Assembly: GCA_963802945.1 (NCBI GenBank)
Contig: CAWDKY010000017.1
Location: forward strand, 224,001 to 288,000
Origin: an uncultured delta proteobacterium
GTDB lineage: Bacteria > Desulfobacterota > RBG-13-43-22
DNA: 64,000 nucleotides
Reading direction: 5' to 3'
Shown: piece by piece, positions 31,083 through 41,669 of the stretch
How positions within the stretch are numbered: position 1 is the first letter of the stretch
Layout: the number at the start of each line of letters is the position of its first letter
The notes under the pieces: generated by a model
The model's input: the letters and a program-made list of their open reading frames with translations, nothing else
The model's database searches: none
What the model was told of the DNA's origin: nothing
Made by a program: the position numbers and the translations under genes

Positions 31083-32240
31083 ATGCAAGAGGGTTCCACC
31101 TTGTTAAAAAAATGTTGCCGAAAATGTCGTCGAGTTATAATGGTAGGCGGCATTATTTTGTTTGATCTACTATTGGTGTTTATCATTGGAGAAGTTGCGC
31201 TCAGGATTATTCCAATTGCCGGGATAAAATATAATGAGTACCGGTTTGATCCTGATGTCGGAAGCGGCTTGTATCCACATTCCAAAGTGATTTATCGCAA
31301 TGATCAAGGCGTTCATGTTGTACGCGAAGTGAATCGTTGGGGGTTTTTGGATAAGGATCATGAGCCCCAAAAACCGGACGGTGTATTTCGAATTGGATTT
31401 TTTGGCGATTCTTATACCGAAGCGGAACATGTTGAATTGAAAGACACCTTTTTTCGACGGATTGAGTCCATGCTTACGCCAAAACGTGTTGAAACACTGG
31501 CTTTCGGGGTCACTGGGTATAGCATGTTGCAGGCCCATTTGCTATTTTTAAAATGGGCCGATTTTTTCGATATTGATCTGGCCGTGTATGTATTTGTTGA
31601 AAACGATTTGGGTGATCAGTTGGCAACCATTGATAGATCCTGGGATAAACCTTATCTTGTTTTGAAAGACGGCGAAATGGTCGTTGACTATGGATTTCGC
31701 GAAAAACATAAACATAAACAAAAATTCTTATATCGAATCGCTAAATATTTAACGGCTAAATCGCTTTTAATGGCCACGGTAAGTGAACGGTTGAAATTAT
31801 TGAAGCGATATGGCATTCAAATGCGGATCACGGAACAGGAACGTAAAATGGCCACAAAAGCAAAGGATGTGGTAAATGTTGTGGCAACTGATTTGCCTTC
31901 AACTTGGCCAATAGCACTTAGAAATGAAGCACAAAAATTGGGCAGACTGGAGCTATTAAAATTTCGTGAGGATGTTGCACGACACCAGAAAGATTTTGCG
32001 GTATTATATGTGCCCCGCGAAACAGAATATCAAAAACCGGTTTTGCAACAGGATTCATGGAAATTGTGGCTTGAAACGCTTTGTCGATATGAAGGAATTC
32101 GGTTTATCGATCCAACACTGATGCTTATGCGCACTGCGGCAGCCGGCCAACCAGTATATTATGATCATTTTACACCTGCCGGTCATGAAGCTTTTGCGAT
32201 TGCGTTTAAAAATTGGTTTGTACAAAACTATAAGTTTTAG
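31083..32240 (+). CDS. Membrane-anchored SGNH/GDSL-fold protein
   Basis: TM ending GEVALRI; NRWGFLD, FFGDSY, FGVTGYS, END, DHFTPAGH. The start codon is uncertain. Confidence 0.85.
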   Translation: MQEGSTLLKKCCRKCRRVIMVGGIILFDLLLVFIIGEVALRIIPIAGIKYNEYRFDPDVGSGLYPHSKVIYRNDQGVHVVREVNRWGFLDKDHEPQKPDGVFRIGFFGDSYTEAEHVELKDTFFRRIESMLTPKRVETLAFGVTGYSMLQAHLLFLKWADFFDIDLAVYVFVENDLGDQLATIDRSWDKPYLVLKDGEMVVDYGFREKHKHKQKFLYRIAKYLTAKSLLMATVSERLKLLKRYGIQMRITEQERKMATKAKDVVNVVATDLPSTWPIALRNEAQKLGRLELLKFREDVARHQKDFAVLYVPRETEYQKPVLQQDSWKLWLETLCRYEGIRFIDPTLMLMRTAAAGQPVYYDHFTPAGHEAFAIAFKNWFVQNYKF

Positions 32241-32272
32241 ATCTAGGTAAATGGCGAGAGAAGGAATAAGGA

Positions 32273-32491
32273 ATGCTTATTCTTGGCCTTTCCTTTTTTT
32301 ATCACAATTCGGCGGTATACTTGTTGAAAAATGGGGGAATTCTATTTGCTGCTCAGGAAGAGCGGTTCTCGCGTAAAAAGCATGCCCCCCGATTTCCGAT
32401 AAATGCGCTTAAAGCATTTTTAAAACGAGTATCTTTATGGGTATTGATTGACTGGACAAAAGGTGTTATTTTAATAGAAATTACAGGGTAG
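32273..32491 (+). pseudogene. 5' fragment of a second carbamoyltransferase
   Basis: ILGLSFFYHNSA..AAQEERFSRKKH parallels the N-terminus of the next gene, then the similarity breaks off. Confidence 0.85.
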
Positions 32492-32635
32492 ACCCCTGCA
32501 AGTCGTCGATTTTCTTAGAAGGTCCTTTGGCAACCTTAGACAAAACGATGAGCAGTCGAAAACCCGAAACAACCGGCAAGAAGAGGATGCTGGTGTGATC
32601 CGTTAGCTGGGTACAGAAGGTTGAGAGGTAACGCT

Positions 32636-34453
32636 TTGTATATTCTGGGGATATCGGCTTTTTATCATGACAGCGCAGCCTGTCTCGTCCGTGATGGGGA
32701 AATCTTGGCAGCCGCCCAAGAAGAACGCTTTACAAGAAAGAAGCATGACTTTAACTTCCCGACTAATGCGATTCAATACTGTTTGGATGCTGTTGGTATC
32801 AAAGGGAAAGATCTTGATTATGTTGCCTTCTATGATAAGCCCTTCATTAAGTTTGAGAGACTTTTAGAAACCTACCTGGCCTATGCGCCTGTAGGAATTA
32901 TGTCTTTCTGGAAAGCCATTCCTGTCTGGATCAAGCAGAAACTTTGGATATCGGACCTCATTAAAAAGGAACTTGATTACCCGGGGAAAATAATTTATCC
33001 CGAGCATCATGAATCGCATGCCGCAAGCGCATTCTTTCCGTCAGCATTCCAAAAGGCGGCCTTTCTGACAATGGACGGCGTCGGGGAATGGACGACGACC
33101 AGCTTTGGCGTGGGCCATGACAACAAGGTTGAGATCAACTCCGAGATTCACTTCCCGCATTCCCTCGGGCTACTGTATTCCGCCTTTACCTATTATACCG
33201 GCTTCAAGGTGAATTCCGGTGAATATAAGTTAATGGGGCTGGCCCCCTACGGCGAGCCGAAGTACGTTGATCTGATACTCAGCCGACTCATGGATCTCAA
33301 GGAAGACGGCTCCTACCGGCTGAACATGGATTATTTCAATTACGCGGTTGGGCTGACCATGACCAATGATAAGTTTGACCGACTGTTTGAGGGGCCCCCT
33401 CGAAAACCAGAATCCAAGCTTACGCAGAAGGAGATGGATCTCGCCCGATCTATCCAGGTGGTTACAGAAGAAGTGGTGCTCAGGACTGCACGGCACATTT
33501 ATCGGGTCACTGGCGAGCGATATTTGTGCCTCGCGGGCGGGGTAGCCCTAAACTGCGTGGCCAATGGGCGGATCTTGCGCGAAAGCCCTTTTGATGATAT
33601 TTGGATTCAGCCTGCCGCCGGTGACGCCGGAGGTGCTCTCGGTGCTGCCCTCTTTACTTGGTATCAGTATCTGAGTAACCAAAGGTGCGCAAATGGGTCG
33701 AGTGATTCTCAGAGAGGTTCGTTCCTTGGACCAAAGTATAGCAACCAAGAGATAAAGGCATTTCTTGATTCTCATGGTATCAATTATTCAGAGATTTCTT
33801 ATGAGCAAGTGTCCCAGACTGTCGCAGAGTTTATCACCCAGGAAAAGGTAGTGGGATGGTTTCAGGGCAGAATGGAGTTCGGTCCGCGCGCGCTCGGAGC
33901 GCGTTCTATTATCGGTGATGCCAGATCCCCGGATATGCAGTCAACCATGAATCTAAAAATTAAATTCCGAGAGAGCTTCAGACCTTTTGCTCCCTCGGTC
34001 TTGGAGGAACACGTTTTTGAACACTTTGAAATAGACAGGACGAGCCCATACATGTTGCTTGTGGCTTACGTCAAAAATGACAAAAGGCTTGCCATGACCG
34101 ACTCGGAGAAAAGATTATGGGGCATTGATCAACTTAACGTTGTTCGGTCGGATATCCCCGCCGTCACCCACGTCGATTATTCTGCCCGTCTTCAAACGGT
34201 CGATAAAACAACGAATCCATTGTACCATGAAATGATAAAAAAATTTTATGAAATGACTGGCTGCCCTGTTATCGTTAACACCTCTTTTAACGTTCGCGGA
34301 GAGCCCATCGTGTGTACACCGCTGGATGCATTTACCTGTTTCATGCGAACCGAAATGGATTATCTTGTGATGGAGAATTTCATATTGGATAAGAAAAAAC
34401 AGAAGGAGCTGGGCGAGGATATAGATTGGAAAAAGGAATTCGAACCGGATTGA
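32636..34453 (+). CDS. O-carbamoyltransferase, NodU/CmcH/TobZ/SxtI family
   Basis: ILGISAFYHDSAA, EHHESHAASAF, GEYKLMGLAPYG, GGVALNC, EFGPRALG, NTSFNVRGEPIV. TTG start with a gagagg RBS. Confidence 0.95.
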   Translation: MYILGISAFYHDSAACLVRDGEILAAAQEERFTRKKHDFNFPTNAIQYCLDAVGIKGKDLDYVAFYDKPFIKFERLLETYLAYAPVGIMSFWKAIPVWIKQKLWISDLIKKELDYPGKIIYPEHHESHAASAFFPSAFQKAAFLTMDGVGEWTTTSFGVGHDNKVEINSEIHFPHSLGLLYSAFTYYTGFKVNSGEYKLMGLAPYGEPKYVDLILSRLMDLKEDGSYRLNMDYFNYAVGLTMTNDKFDRLFEGPPRKPESKLTQKEMDLARSIQVVTEEVVLRTARHIYRVTGERYLCLAGGVALNCVANGRILRESPFDDIWIQPAAGDAGGALGAALFTWYQYLSNQRCANGSSDSQRGSFLGPKYSNQEIKAFLDSHGINYSEISYEQVSQTVAEFITQEKVVGWFQGRMEFGPRALGARSIIGDARSPDMQSTMNLKIKFRESFRPFAPSVLEEHVFEHFEIDRTSPYMLLVAYVKNDKRLAMTDSEKRLWGIDQLNVVRSDIPAVTHVDYSARLQTVDKTTNPLYHEMIKKFYEMTGCPVIVNTSFNVRGEPIVCTPLDAFTCFMRTEMDYLVMENFILDKKKQKELGEDIDWKKEFEPD

Positions 34454-34462
34454 GGTAGGTTT

Positions 34463-34873
34463 ATGGCAAAGGGAAAGACGAAAAAACCAGATAAAGAGGA
34501 ACTTCGAAAATTTGTGATTACTATCTCCATTGCCTTAGGTGTCCTTGGATGTCTTATTCTATGGCGCAAAGGAGGGGCAGGGTTAATTTTTATATCGATT
34601 GGTGCAGTAATTTTTCTTGTGGGTCTGGCGAGGCCTATGGCGCTCGCCCACCTTTACAAAGCATGGATGGCTCTTGCCCTGGTTCTTGGATTGGTCATGA
34701 GCCATATAATCCTTGGAGTGGTTTATTACCTCGTAGTGACGCCAATTGGGTTTTTCATGAGAATAGTGGCCAAAGACCAGCTTAGACTGGGGTTTGATCC
34801 CAAAGCTCACTCCTACTGGGTAAGGAGAGAAAAGAAAGAGTGGAATAGGAAAAGTTACGAAAAAATGTTTTGA
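34463..34873 (+). CDS. SxtJ-family membrane protein
   Basis: ELRKF, Y..WM.LA..LG, TPIG..MR...D.L, SYW, C-terminal YEKMF; directly follows the carbamoyltransferase. Confidence 0.85.
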   Translation: MAKGKTKKPDKEELRKFVITISIALGVLGCLILWRKGGAGLIFISIGAVIFLVGLARPMALAHLYKAWMALALVLGLVMSHIILGVVYYLVVTPIGFFMRIVAKDQLRLGFDPKAHSYWVRREKKEWNRKSYEKMF

Positions 34874-34888
34874 TTGAGGAGTGGAGAC

Positions 34889-35047
34889 ATGAGTAAATTG
34901 TCTATAATGATGGAGTTTTGGCAGTTCCTAAGAACTAAGAAGAAATATTGGTTGCTTCCTGTTATCATCATGCTCCTTGGTTTGGGCGCCCTGCTGATTC
35001 TTACCGAGGGGAGTGCTCTGGCTCCTTTCATTTATGCGGTTTTCTAA
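34889..35047 (+). CDS. Small membrane protein, SxtK/DUF5989 family (52 aa; absent from the ORF track)
   Basis: MSKLSIMMEFWQFLRTKKKYWLLPVIIMLLGLGALLILTEGSALAPFIYAVF with an upstream gaggag/ggag RBS. Confidence 0.9.
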   Translation: MSKLSIMMEFWQFLRTKKKYWLLPVIIMLLGLGALLILTEGSALAPFIYAVF

Positions 35048-35400
35048 ACCGAAGCCAATAAAGGCACTAAGGGCGATAGCCACAAAATATAATTTGCCAA
35101 GTTTCAAATAAGGAGGCCAGTATTACGAGAGTGTCCAGACTCGAAGGAGGGTACGTTAAATATTTAGCGTGAAATTTTTGAAGAAGGTAAGGTTTTTGCG
35201 CACACTTTCAACCGGATTTGATCTCTAGTGTAATTCCATGATTAGGGAGATGATTACCAAGGCCCAGATTTTACCTTTTTTCATAATCGCTTTGCTCGTT
35301 CCCATCTGACTCCCCATAGGATAGGGCTTCTTTTTCTCAGGAACGATTGGCCTGCCCTCCCCCAGAAAAAACAATAGCTTTATAACGATTCGAGGGGACC

Positions 35401-37188
35401 ATGGAAAGAGGAAAAAAAATAGGATCCAAAGCAGCTCGAAAATGGATGATCTTTTTGACCGTGGTCTGGATTGTTCTTTTCATTGGTGCCGGGATCGTTT
35501 CCATCCTATCTTATTCAACAGCTAAGATCCTGGCCGACAGGGTCAGTATGGCCGGCAGTGCCCACCGCTTCACCTTAGATTTTTTCAATCAGATCCAAGG
35601 GCAGGCCTATTGGATAGTAATCTTCTTGGCCCTTATTGGAATCGTTTTCTTCCTCTTTCGAAAGAAGATCGAGCAATTTTTATTGGAAAAAATGCCTTCC
35701 GCCCTCAGTCCCGGTTCCTTTATCAATATCCCAGTTCTCTCCCGATGGGAAGTTTTGGGACTTTTAATCTTGACCGGAGCCGGTTTTTCCTTACGTCTAA
35801 TTCAAATGAATGGGATTGTCACCTACGATGAGGCATTCTCCTATTTCCAATACGCCCAAAACCCATGGATGGCCGTTACTGTGTATACCCATGCCAACAA
35901 TCATATCTTTCATAATCTCTTGCTTTCTATAATCACCTCTATCTTCGGAAATTCCTATGAGGTTCTTCGCTCAATAGCCTTGGTATGTGGTACCCTTTTA
36001 ATCCCCATGGTATTTTTAGCGGTTAGATCCACCCAAACAGAATACTCGGCTTTCAAGGGGTGGCTGGCAGCCTTAATAATTACTATTAACCCCTTGGTTG
36101 TAAAATATTCAGCTTTGGCCCGAGGGTATACCCTTCAAGCCCTGATCGGGGTTTTGAGCTGGGCCATATTTGTCCAAATCTTACAAGGTAGACGTAACCT
36201 TTTCTTCATACTTGGCCTTTTATCGGCTTTAGCCCTCTGGACGGTCCCAACCTCTGCCTATTTTGTAGTAGGTCTTGGATTTGCCATTCTGGGAAATGTT
36301 TTCCGAAGGCGGATCAACTTAAGTGACTTCTTTTTCTTCCTCATCATTACAGGGATAGTTACCTTCATACTTTGGATGCCGGCCGTGATCGTCTCCGGTC
36401 TAAAGGCCGTTTTGATAAATCCAGATAGTAACCCGGTCGCCGCAGGGGTAGTTGTGGACCATTTTTTTGGGCGATTCAAGTATGTTTGGGAGCCTTTATC
36501 TCTCTACCTGGGCACTTCGGTAGGGTTCTTAATAGTCATCCTCCTAACTCTTTGGGGCTTGTATGTGGCTCCTGCGGGCTGGCGGTGGATTGGGTTGGGT
36601 GTCTTGACTTCAATCTTTCTTTTAACCGCCTTCTTACAGGTGACCCCCCCCAAACGAGTCTGGACTTTCCTGGTGCCACTTCTGGCCATCCTGGTTGATT
36701 TTGGTGTCTGTAAAATATTCAATTTTTGGCAATCAATACATAAAAGGTTGGCCTTTTTAGTGATTGTCCTGCCGTTTGCTTATATAGCATTAGTCCTTCC
36801 CAATACGCTCAAATACGACGGTCCTGGACACAGAGAGGTCACTACCTTTGCTCGGGAAGTGGCAAATCAATGGACCCAGGGCCAAGCCATTAAAATAGAA
36901 GCCGACAAGACCACCATGCTTCAATCCAATCCAGATGATTTTTATATTTTTTACGATTGGAACAATGTCAATACAGTTAGATATTATCTTAACCAACAGG
37001 GGATTCCGAACTCTGCCTTTCTCTGGAGAAGCAAGGATTCATCTCCTACGGTCTGGTTGATATCCGTACAAGTAAACGGCAAGCCAATAGATCTCCAAGG
37101 TCCTGAAGGGAAAAAATTCCATTGGGACCTGATTATGGGTCCCTATTCTTTGGCCAAAGGCGTTGATAAAAGACAATTTTTGAATTGA
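35401..37188 (+). CDS. GT-C glycosyltransferase (PMT_2/ArnT-like)
   Basis: LR..TYDEAFSY, NNHIFH, ARGY; many TM helices. Confidence 0.82.
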   Translation: MERGKKIGSKAARKWMIFLTVVWIVLFIGAGIVSILSYSTAKILADRVSMAGSAHRFTLDFFNQIQGQAYWIVIFLALIGIVFFLFRKKIEQFLLEKMPSALSPGSFINIPVLSRWEVLGLLILTGAGFSLRLIQMNGIVTYDEAFSYFQYAQNPWMAVTVYTHANNHIFHNLLLSIITSIFGNSYEVLRSIALVCGTLLIPMVFLAVRSTQTEYSAFKGWLAALIITINPLVVKYSALARGYTLQALIGVLSWAIFVQILQGRRNLFFILGLLSALALWTVPTSAYFVVGLGFAILGNVFRRRINLSDFFFFLIITGIVTFILWMPAVIVSGLKAVLINPDSNPVAAGVVVDHFFGRFKYVWEPLSLYLGTSVGFLIVILLTLWGLYVAPAGWRWIGLGVLTSIFLLTAFLQVTPPKRVWTFLVPLLAILVDFGVCKIFNFWQSIHKRLAFLVIVLPFAYIALVLPNTLKYDGPGHREVTTFAREVANQWTQGQAIKIEADKTTMLQSNPDDFYIFYDWNNVNTVRYYLNQQGIPNSAFLWRSKDSSPTVWLISVQVNGKPIDLQGPEGKKFHWDLIMGPYSLAKGVDKRQFLN

Positions 37189-37291
37189 TTCAAATAAATT
37201 GATGCCGGGCTATGGGGAAAATTAGGGCCATTTTTTTAAGAAGATAATAGATAACTCAACCAATATTAAACAGAAAAGGAGTAGGGGGACA

Positions 37292-39353
37292 ATGCTTTTC
37301 AAAAACCAGCCGGGCCTAAAACGGAGGGGGACTATATTTCTCCTGGTTATTTGTTTTTCTTTTTTGGGAACAGGCCTTTCGACGGGAGTAGGTAACTTAA
37401 TCTATAATGGTAATTTTGAGATCCCCGGTTCTCAAAACCTACCGCCCGGTTGGGCCATGTGGGGAGCAGCCGTTTATCAGAATCCGGCCAATTATTCTTT
37501 GGATAGCAGTAATCCCTATAGTGGGAAGTTCTGTTTGCGTATTCATCATCCGGCCGAGACCAACGGGTACATAGTCACTTCTCCCAACTATGCCCTGCGG
37601 CCAAGAAAAGGAAAAATCTATACCATTACTTTTTATGCTCGAACCAACAACCCCGGCAGTTCCTTGTTCGGTTTTTACGCTTATGAAAACCTCAAAACTT
37701 TTATTGATGCTCCTTCGCCCGGTTTTTTCCCGATAACAATAGATCGCCAATGGGAAAGGTATACTTTTAAAATCAAGGAGGGGCTGGATTTTTTTGCCGA
37801 TCGTTCCCCATTTCTCCTGTTGACCATTAAGGCCACAACTGATTTTCATGAAGAGAAGACCCTATGGATAGATGAAGTTAGTGTTATGGAGGAGGACTAT
37901 CCTCAGGGGATGCGTCTGGTAGATGAAAGGATGTTGCCTCATGAGTCCTTACAACACCGTTTACAACCGGGGCAATCGCTGTCTTTTACGGTGGATATAG
38001 AGAACCGGCTAAGAGCGGTTAACCATATGATAAGCGGGATCTCCCTGCATCGAGTGGCGGGTTATACCGGCCATCCCTTCAATGCACAGGGCCAATATAC
38101 CTTGTCTTCTGCCTTAGAGCAGGCTATTCGGGATCTTCGTCTGCCTATGACCCGTTTTTATGGGTTAGGGGATGAGCCTTTCAGTCTGGAAAATGCGATC
38201 GATAAAGCAGCGGAAGTATGTCGACGGGTTGGAATATCCCCGGCCCAAACGATCCTTGAGTTTGAACCCCAAAATGCCCGGTATAAATTGGCCCCTGAGA
38301 CCTGGGGTCAAGGGGTAAGCCATTCCGTACAAAAGAGATATGGATTTCGCTACTGGGAGGTTGCCAATGAACCGGAAAACGGTATGCTCCTAGCCGAATA
38401 AAAAAGGGGCTTTTCTTTCTTCCGACGAATATGTAGACCACATTAAAAAAGTCAGCCGTGCTATTCGAACCATACAGCCCAATGCCCTGATCGGCATAGC
38501 CATTTCCGATACCCCTTCTTGGGGGAATTATGTCCTTAGTAAAGCCGCTGGCTATTATGATTTTGTTTCCGGCCATTATTATGCCGTCTCCCAGGCCCAC
38601 CGACGTAAATTTGAAGTTGTTGCCCTGACTGAAAATTTTAAAATTCTAGAAAATATCATCCGAACCAACGAGCTCATCCGAGCCTATAATCCAGGGAAGG
38701 ATGTTTACCAGATCGATACTGAATGGGGTATGCAAAGCAGGGGGCCTAATAATGAAACCGCCGATTTTGTAGCCCGAAATGCCAACATCTTCGGCCTTCT
38801 CCACCGGGCGGTCCGAATGATTTATTATGCCCGGGAGGGGATCCTTCTGGGAGCCAGTTCTTGGAACTTATTATCCAATCTGGATGCCCCGGGGTTTGCC
38901 GTCCTCTCTCCCCAGGCCCCGGAGGCACGATCTCTGATCTATTGGCTTTACTATTATTTTAATCGTCATCTCGGCGAATCGGTTCTCGATATCAAAGGTT
39001 CGGCCCCCTATTATATCCCCGCTGCCGGGGAAGATCCTTTTACTAAATCCGGGGAATACCCCGGGCCCTTGACTCCGGTTTTGGCCACCCTAAGTAAGGA
39101 CAGGAAGGATTTATTTCTAATCATTGCCAACGGATCATGGGGAAAGGGGATCCCCTGCCGAGTGAACATCCTGAACCATTCATTTGGTCAGGCCCAGGCC
39201 GTTTTGCTTACTCATCACAATCCCGATGGAAATCCCTATCTGGAAAAAAAGGAGGATGCCGTTTCAAGGTTTCCGGTTTCTCTGGATAAACAGGAACTCC
39301 GTTGCACCATCCCCGCCCATTCCGTAGTTTTCATTACTGTCAAGGGCAAATAG
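37292..39353 (+). pseudogene. Secreted CBM4/9-like plus clan GH-A glycoside hydrolase (GH39/GH51-like) with one frameshift near 38395
   Basis: Signal peptide, NLIYNGNFE, YWEVANEP (acid/base). The next frame gives DFVSGHYY, DTEWG (nucleophile) and IPAHSV. Confidence 0.75.
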
Positions 39354-39400
39354 AGGTTTATTGAAGATTTACCTAAAACAATAAAAGCGCATCAAAACAG

Positions 39401-40795
39401 GTGATAAATTCTAAAATGATTCGTTCAAAAGCCGTCATGGCACTCTTAACCCTCTGTTTGTTAAGCCGACTGATTTTCTTTTTGGCCGTGAAGCCATGGA
39501 ATCCAGAGGTTAGAGATAACGTTATTCTGAAACAAGACGCCTTGCAATATCACCAGTTGGCCATTTCAATGACCCATTACCATCAATTTACTCAAGAAAA
39601 GGATGGGCCTTCTGATACCTTAAGAACCCCCCTATATCCTTTATTCATTAGTTTAATTTATTCGATTCAAAACCAGCCAAGACCTTGGACTGTCCTTTTC
39701 ATCCAGATTGTGATGGATACGGCATCCTGTGTTCTGCTCTTTTTTCTATTAACCCATGTACTAAACCGACTGGTTGCTCTTTATGCCGCATTGTTTTATG
39801 CCCTTGATCCATTTCTGATTTTATATTCGGTTACTTTGCTGAGCGAAATCCTCTTTGTTTTTTTATGTATCCTCGGGGCCTTTCTAATAACCAAAGGGGG
39901 TTCCCGGGAATTCGAGAGGGGAAGTGGTAAGTGGATAGCGGGATCTGCCATCACTTTCGGCTTTGCCACCCTAGTCCGACCGATAGCTCAATTTATTCCT
40001 TTTGTGGTCTTTTTATTTCTGCTTTATCCCTTAAGATATAGATTGAAAAGGGCCTTTGGATTGATTTTTTTGTTCTTCCTTTTTTTTATTCTGACTCTTT
40101 CACCTTGGATGGTAAGAAACTTGCTCCGTTTTAACACCCCTTCCCTTTCGACGGCGGGCAATTATAATTTGCTTATCTTATATGTCCAACCGATGGAAAT
40201 GGAGAGGAGAGGGCAACCTTCCGATGTCGTAGAAAGAAGTCTTCTTAATGAAGCGGATCATCTTATGATTCGGGATGGATGGGATCTCCAAACGATGAAC
40301 GATTTTCAGAAGGGGACTTATTGGAAAAAGTTGGCTTTCCATTATATCACCAACTATCCGTTCTCTTTTTTAAAACACTATTTTTTTGGAATTTTTCATA
40401 CGATGGGAAATTTAGCTACTGGTCCTTATGCTGATATGCTGAGAATTTCAAAAAGTACAGGCAAATTTCAAATCAAAGGTTATCACAATATAGTTGAGTT
40501 AATAAAAGCTTGGGTAACTCAAAAAACCTGGGAGGAAATAGGGATCGGTATGGTTATTGCGCTTTATCTTATGGTGTCTTATTTCCTTTTGGCGGTAGGC
40601 TTAATTGTTTTTTGGAGAAAATTTCGTCACCAAAAATTTTTATGGTTAATTTTTTTACTGTTCATTTATTTTATTTTCATTACCGGTTCAGCGGGGTTGG
40701 CCAGGTTTAAGCTTCCCGCCGTCCCTTTTTATCTGGCCTTTGTGGGTTTGGGGCTCCATCAATTCTTAAACAGGCATAGGGACCGCATTTCTTAA
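39401..40795 (+). CDS. GT-C glycosyltransferase (ArnT-like)
   Basis: QDALQY, LRTPLYPLF, LLSE, LVRP, PWMVRN, ARF.LP. Confidence 0.82.
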   Translation: MINSKMIRSKAVMALLTLCLLSRLIFFLAVKPWNPEVRDNVILKQDALQYHQLAISMTHYHQFTQEKDGPSDTLRTPLYPLFISLIYSIQNQPRPWTVLFIQIVMDTASCVLLFFLLTHVLNRLVALYAALFYALDPFLILYSVTLLSEILFVFLCILGAFLITKGGSREFERGSGKWIAGSAITFGFATLVRPIAQFIPFVVFLFLLYPLRYRLKRAFGLIFLFFLFFILTLSPWMVRNLLRFNTPSLSTAGNYNLLILYVQPMEMERRGQPSDVVERSLLNEADHLMIRDGWDLQTMNDFQKGTYWKKLAFHYITNYPFSFLKHYFFGIFHTMGNLATGPYADMLRISKSTGKFQIKGYHNIVELIKAWVTQKTWEEIGIGMVIALYLMVSYFLLAVGLIVFWRKFRHQKFLWLIFLLFIYFIFITGSAGLARFKLPAVPFYLAFVGLGLHQFLNRHRDRIS

Positions 40796-41186
40796 AGTGT
40801 CAAGTCGAAAGCACAAAATGGAACTTATCAACTTTTTTATCCAAAGGGTCAATAGCGGGGAAGGGCATATTATTCAATAATGATTTCCAAAAGGGACTTT
40901 AGGCAATGCGCACTGCAAGTAAGAACGGAGAAGACAACAAAGAAAGTTCTCCTGTTTTTCCCCTTGATAATAATTTTTTAATTTATTAGTATTTCAGTAA
41001 ATATTTAAATCTCCACTTTATAGCTGGGGTAATATAGTATCGTCTAAGTTGGGTTTGGATCTTTTGGGTTTATAGCTTCTTTAATCCTTTTTCCTCATTT
41101 CAAAAGGAGGAAATCCGCTGGCCTCGGTATGTGGTAGAGTGTGGGATGATCTAAATTGCCGGTTAAGAAAATAACGAGGGAGAGAA

Positions 41187-41666
41187 ATGCCCATTGCCTC
41201 GGATGTTAAGTTAGGGAAAGGGGTACAGTTTCCCCACCCCGAGTTGATCAATCTCTACGGGTGCAGTATTGGAGATGAAACCAAGATCGGTGCCTTTGTG
41301 GAGATTCAAAAAAATGCAATAGTGGGAGCCCGTTGTAAGATTTCCTCTCACAGCTTTATCTGCGAAGGAGTAACGATTGAGGATGAGGTCTTTATCGGCC
41401 ATGGGGTGATCTTTATTAATGACCGGTATCCTCGAGCAACGAAGGATGGTCGTTTGAAAGATGATAACGATTGGGAAGTCTTACCAATAAGGGTTAAACG
41501 TGGGGCTTCGATCGGTAGTGGAGCGGTGATACTCTGTAGTGTAACTATTGGAGAGAAAGCCATGGTGGGTGCCGGTGCCGTTGTCGCTCAGGATGTGCCT
41601 GACCTGGCCATTGTTGTGGGTTCCCCGGCCTGCTTCATACGGAATATCGACCAGAAGGAGCAATAG
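41187..41666 (+). CDS. Left-handed beta-helix sugar N-acetyltransferase (WbpD/WxcM-like)
   Basis: Hexapeptide repeats; F.ND.YPR, GASIGSGA, VGAGAVV..DVP. Confidence 0.9.
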   Translation: MPIASDVKLGKGVQFPHPELINLYGCSIGDETKIGAFVEIQKNAIVGARCKISSHSFICEGVTIEDEVFIGHGVIFINDRYPRATKDGRLKDDNDWEVLPIRVKRGASIGSGAVILCSVTIGEKAMVGAGAVVAQDVPDLAIVVGSPACFIRNIDQKEQ

Positions 41667-41669
41667 GAA

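Noticed and set aside
32636-35047. Saxitoxin biosynthesis cluster (sxtI/J/K homologues)
   Set aside because: No sxtA, sxtG, sxtB or other core toxin genes are present, and the context is envelope glycan synthesis.
32585-35161. Possible cassette boundaries around the carbamoyltransferase module (GTTAGCT at 32602; AGCCAAT...GTTAAAT at ~35053-35161)
   Set aside because: The boxes are degenerate and no convincing L-box hairpin is seen. It is worth an attC model scan but not supportable by eye.
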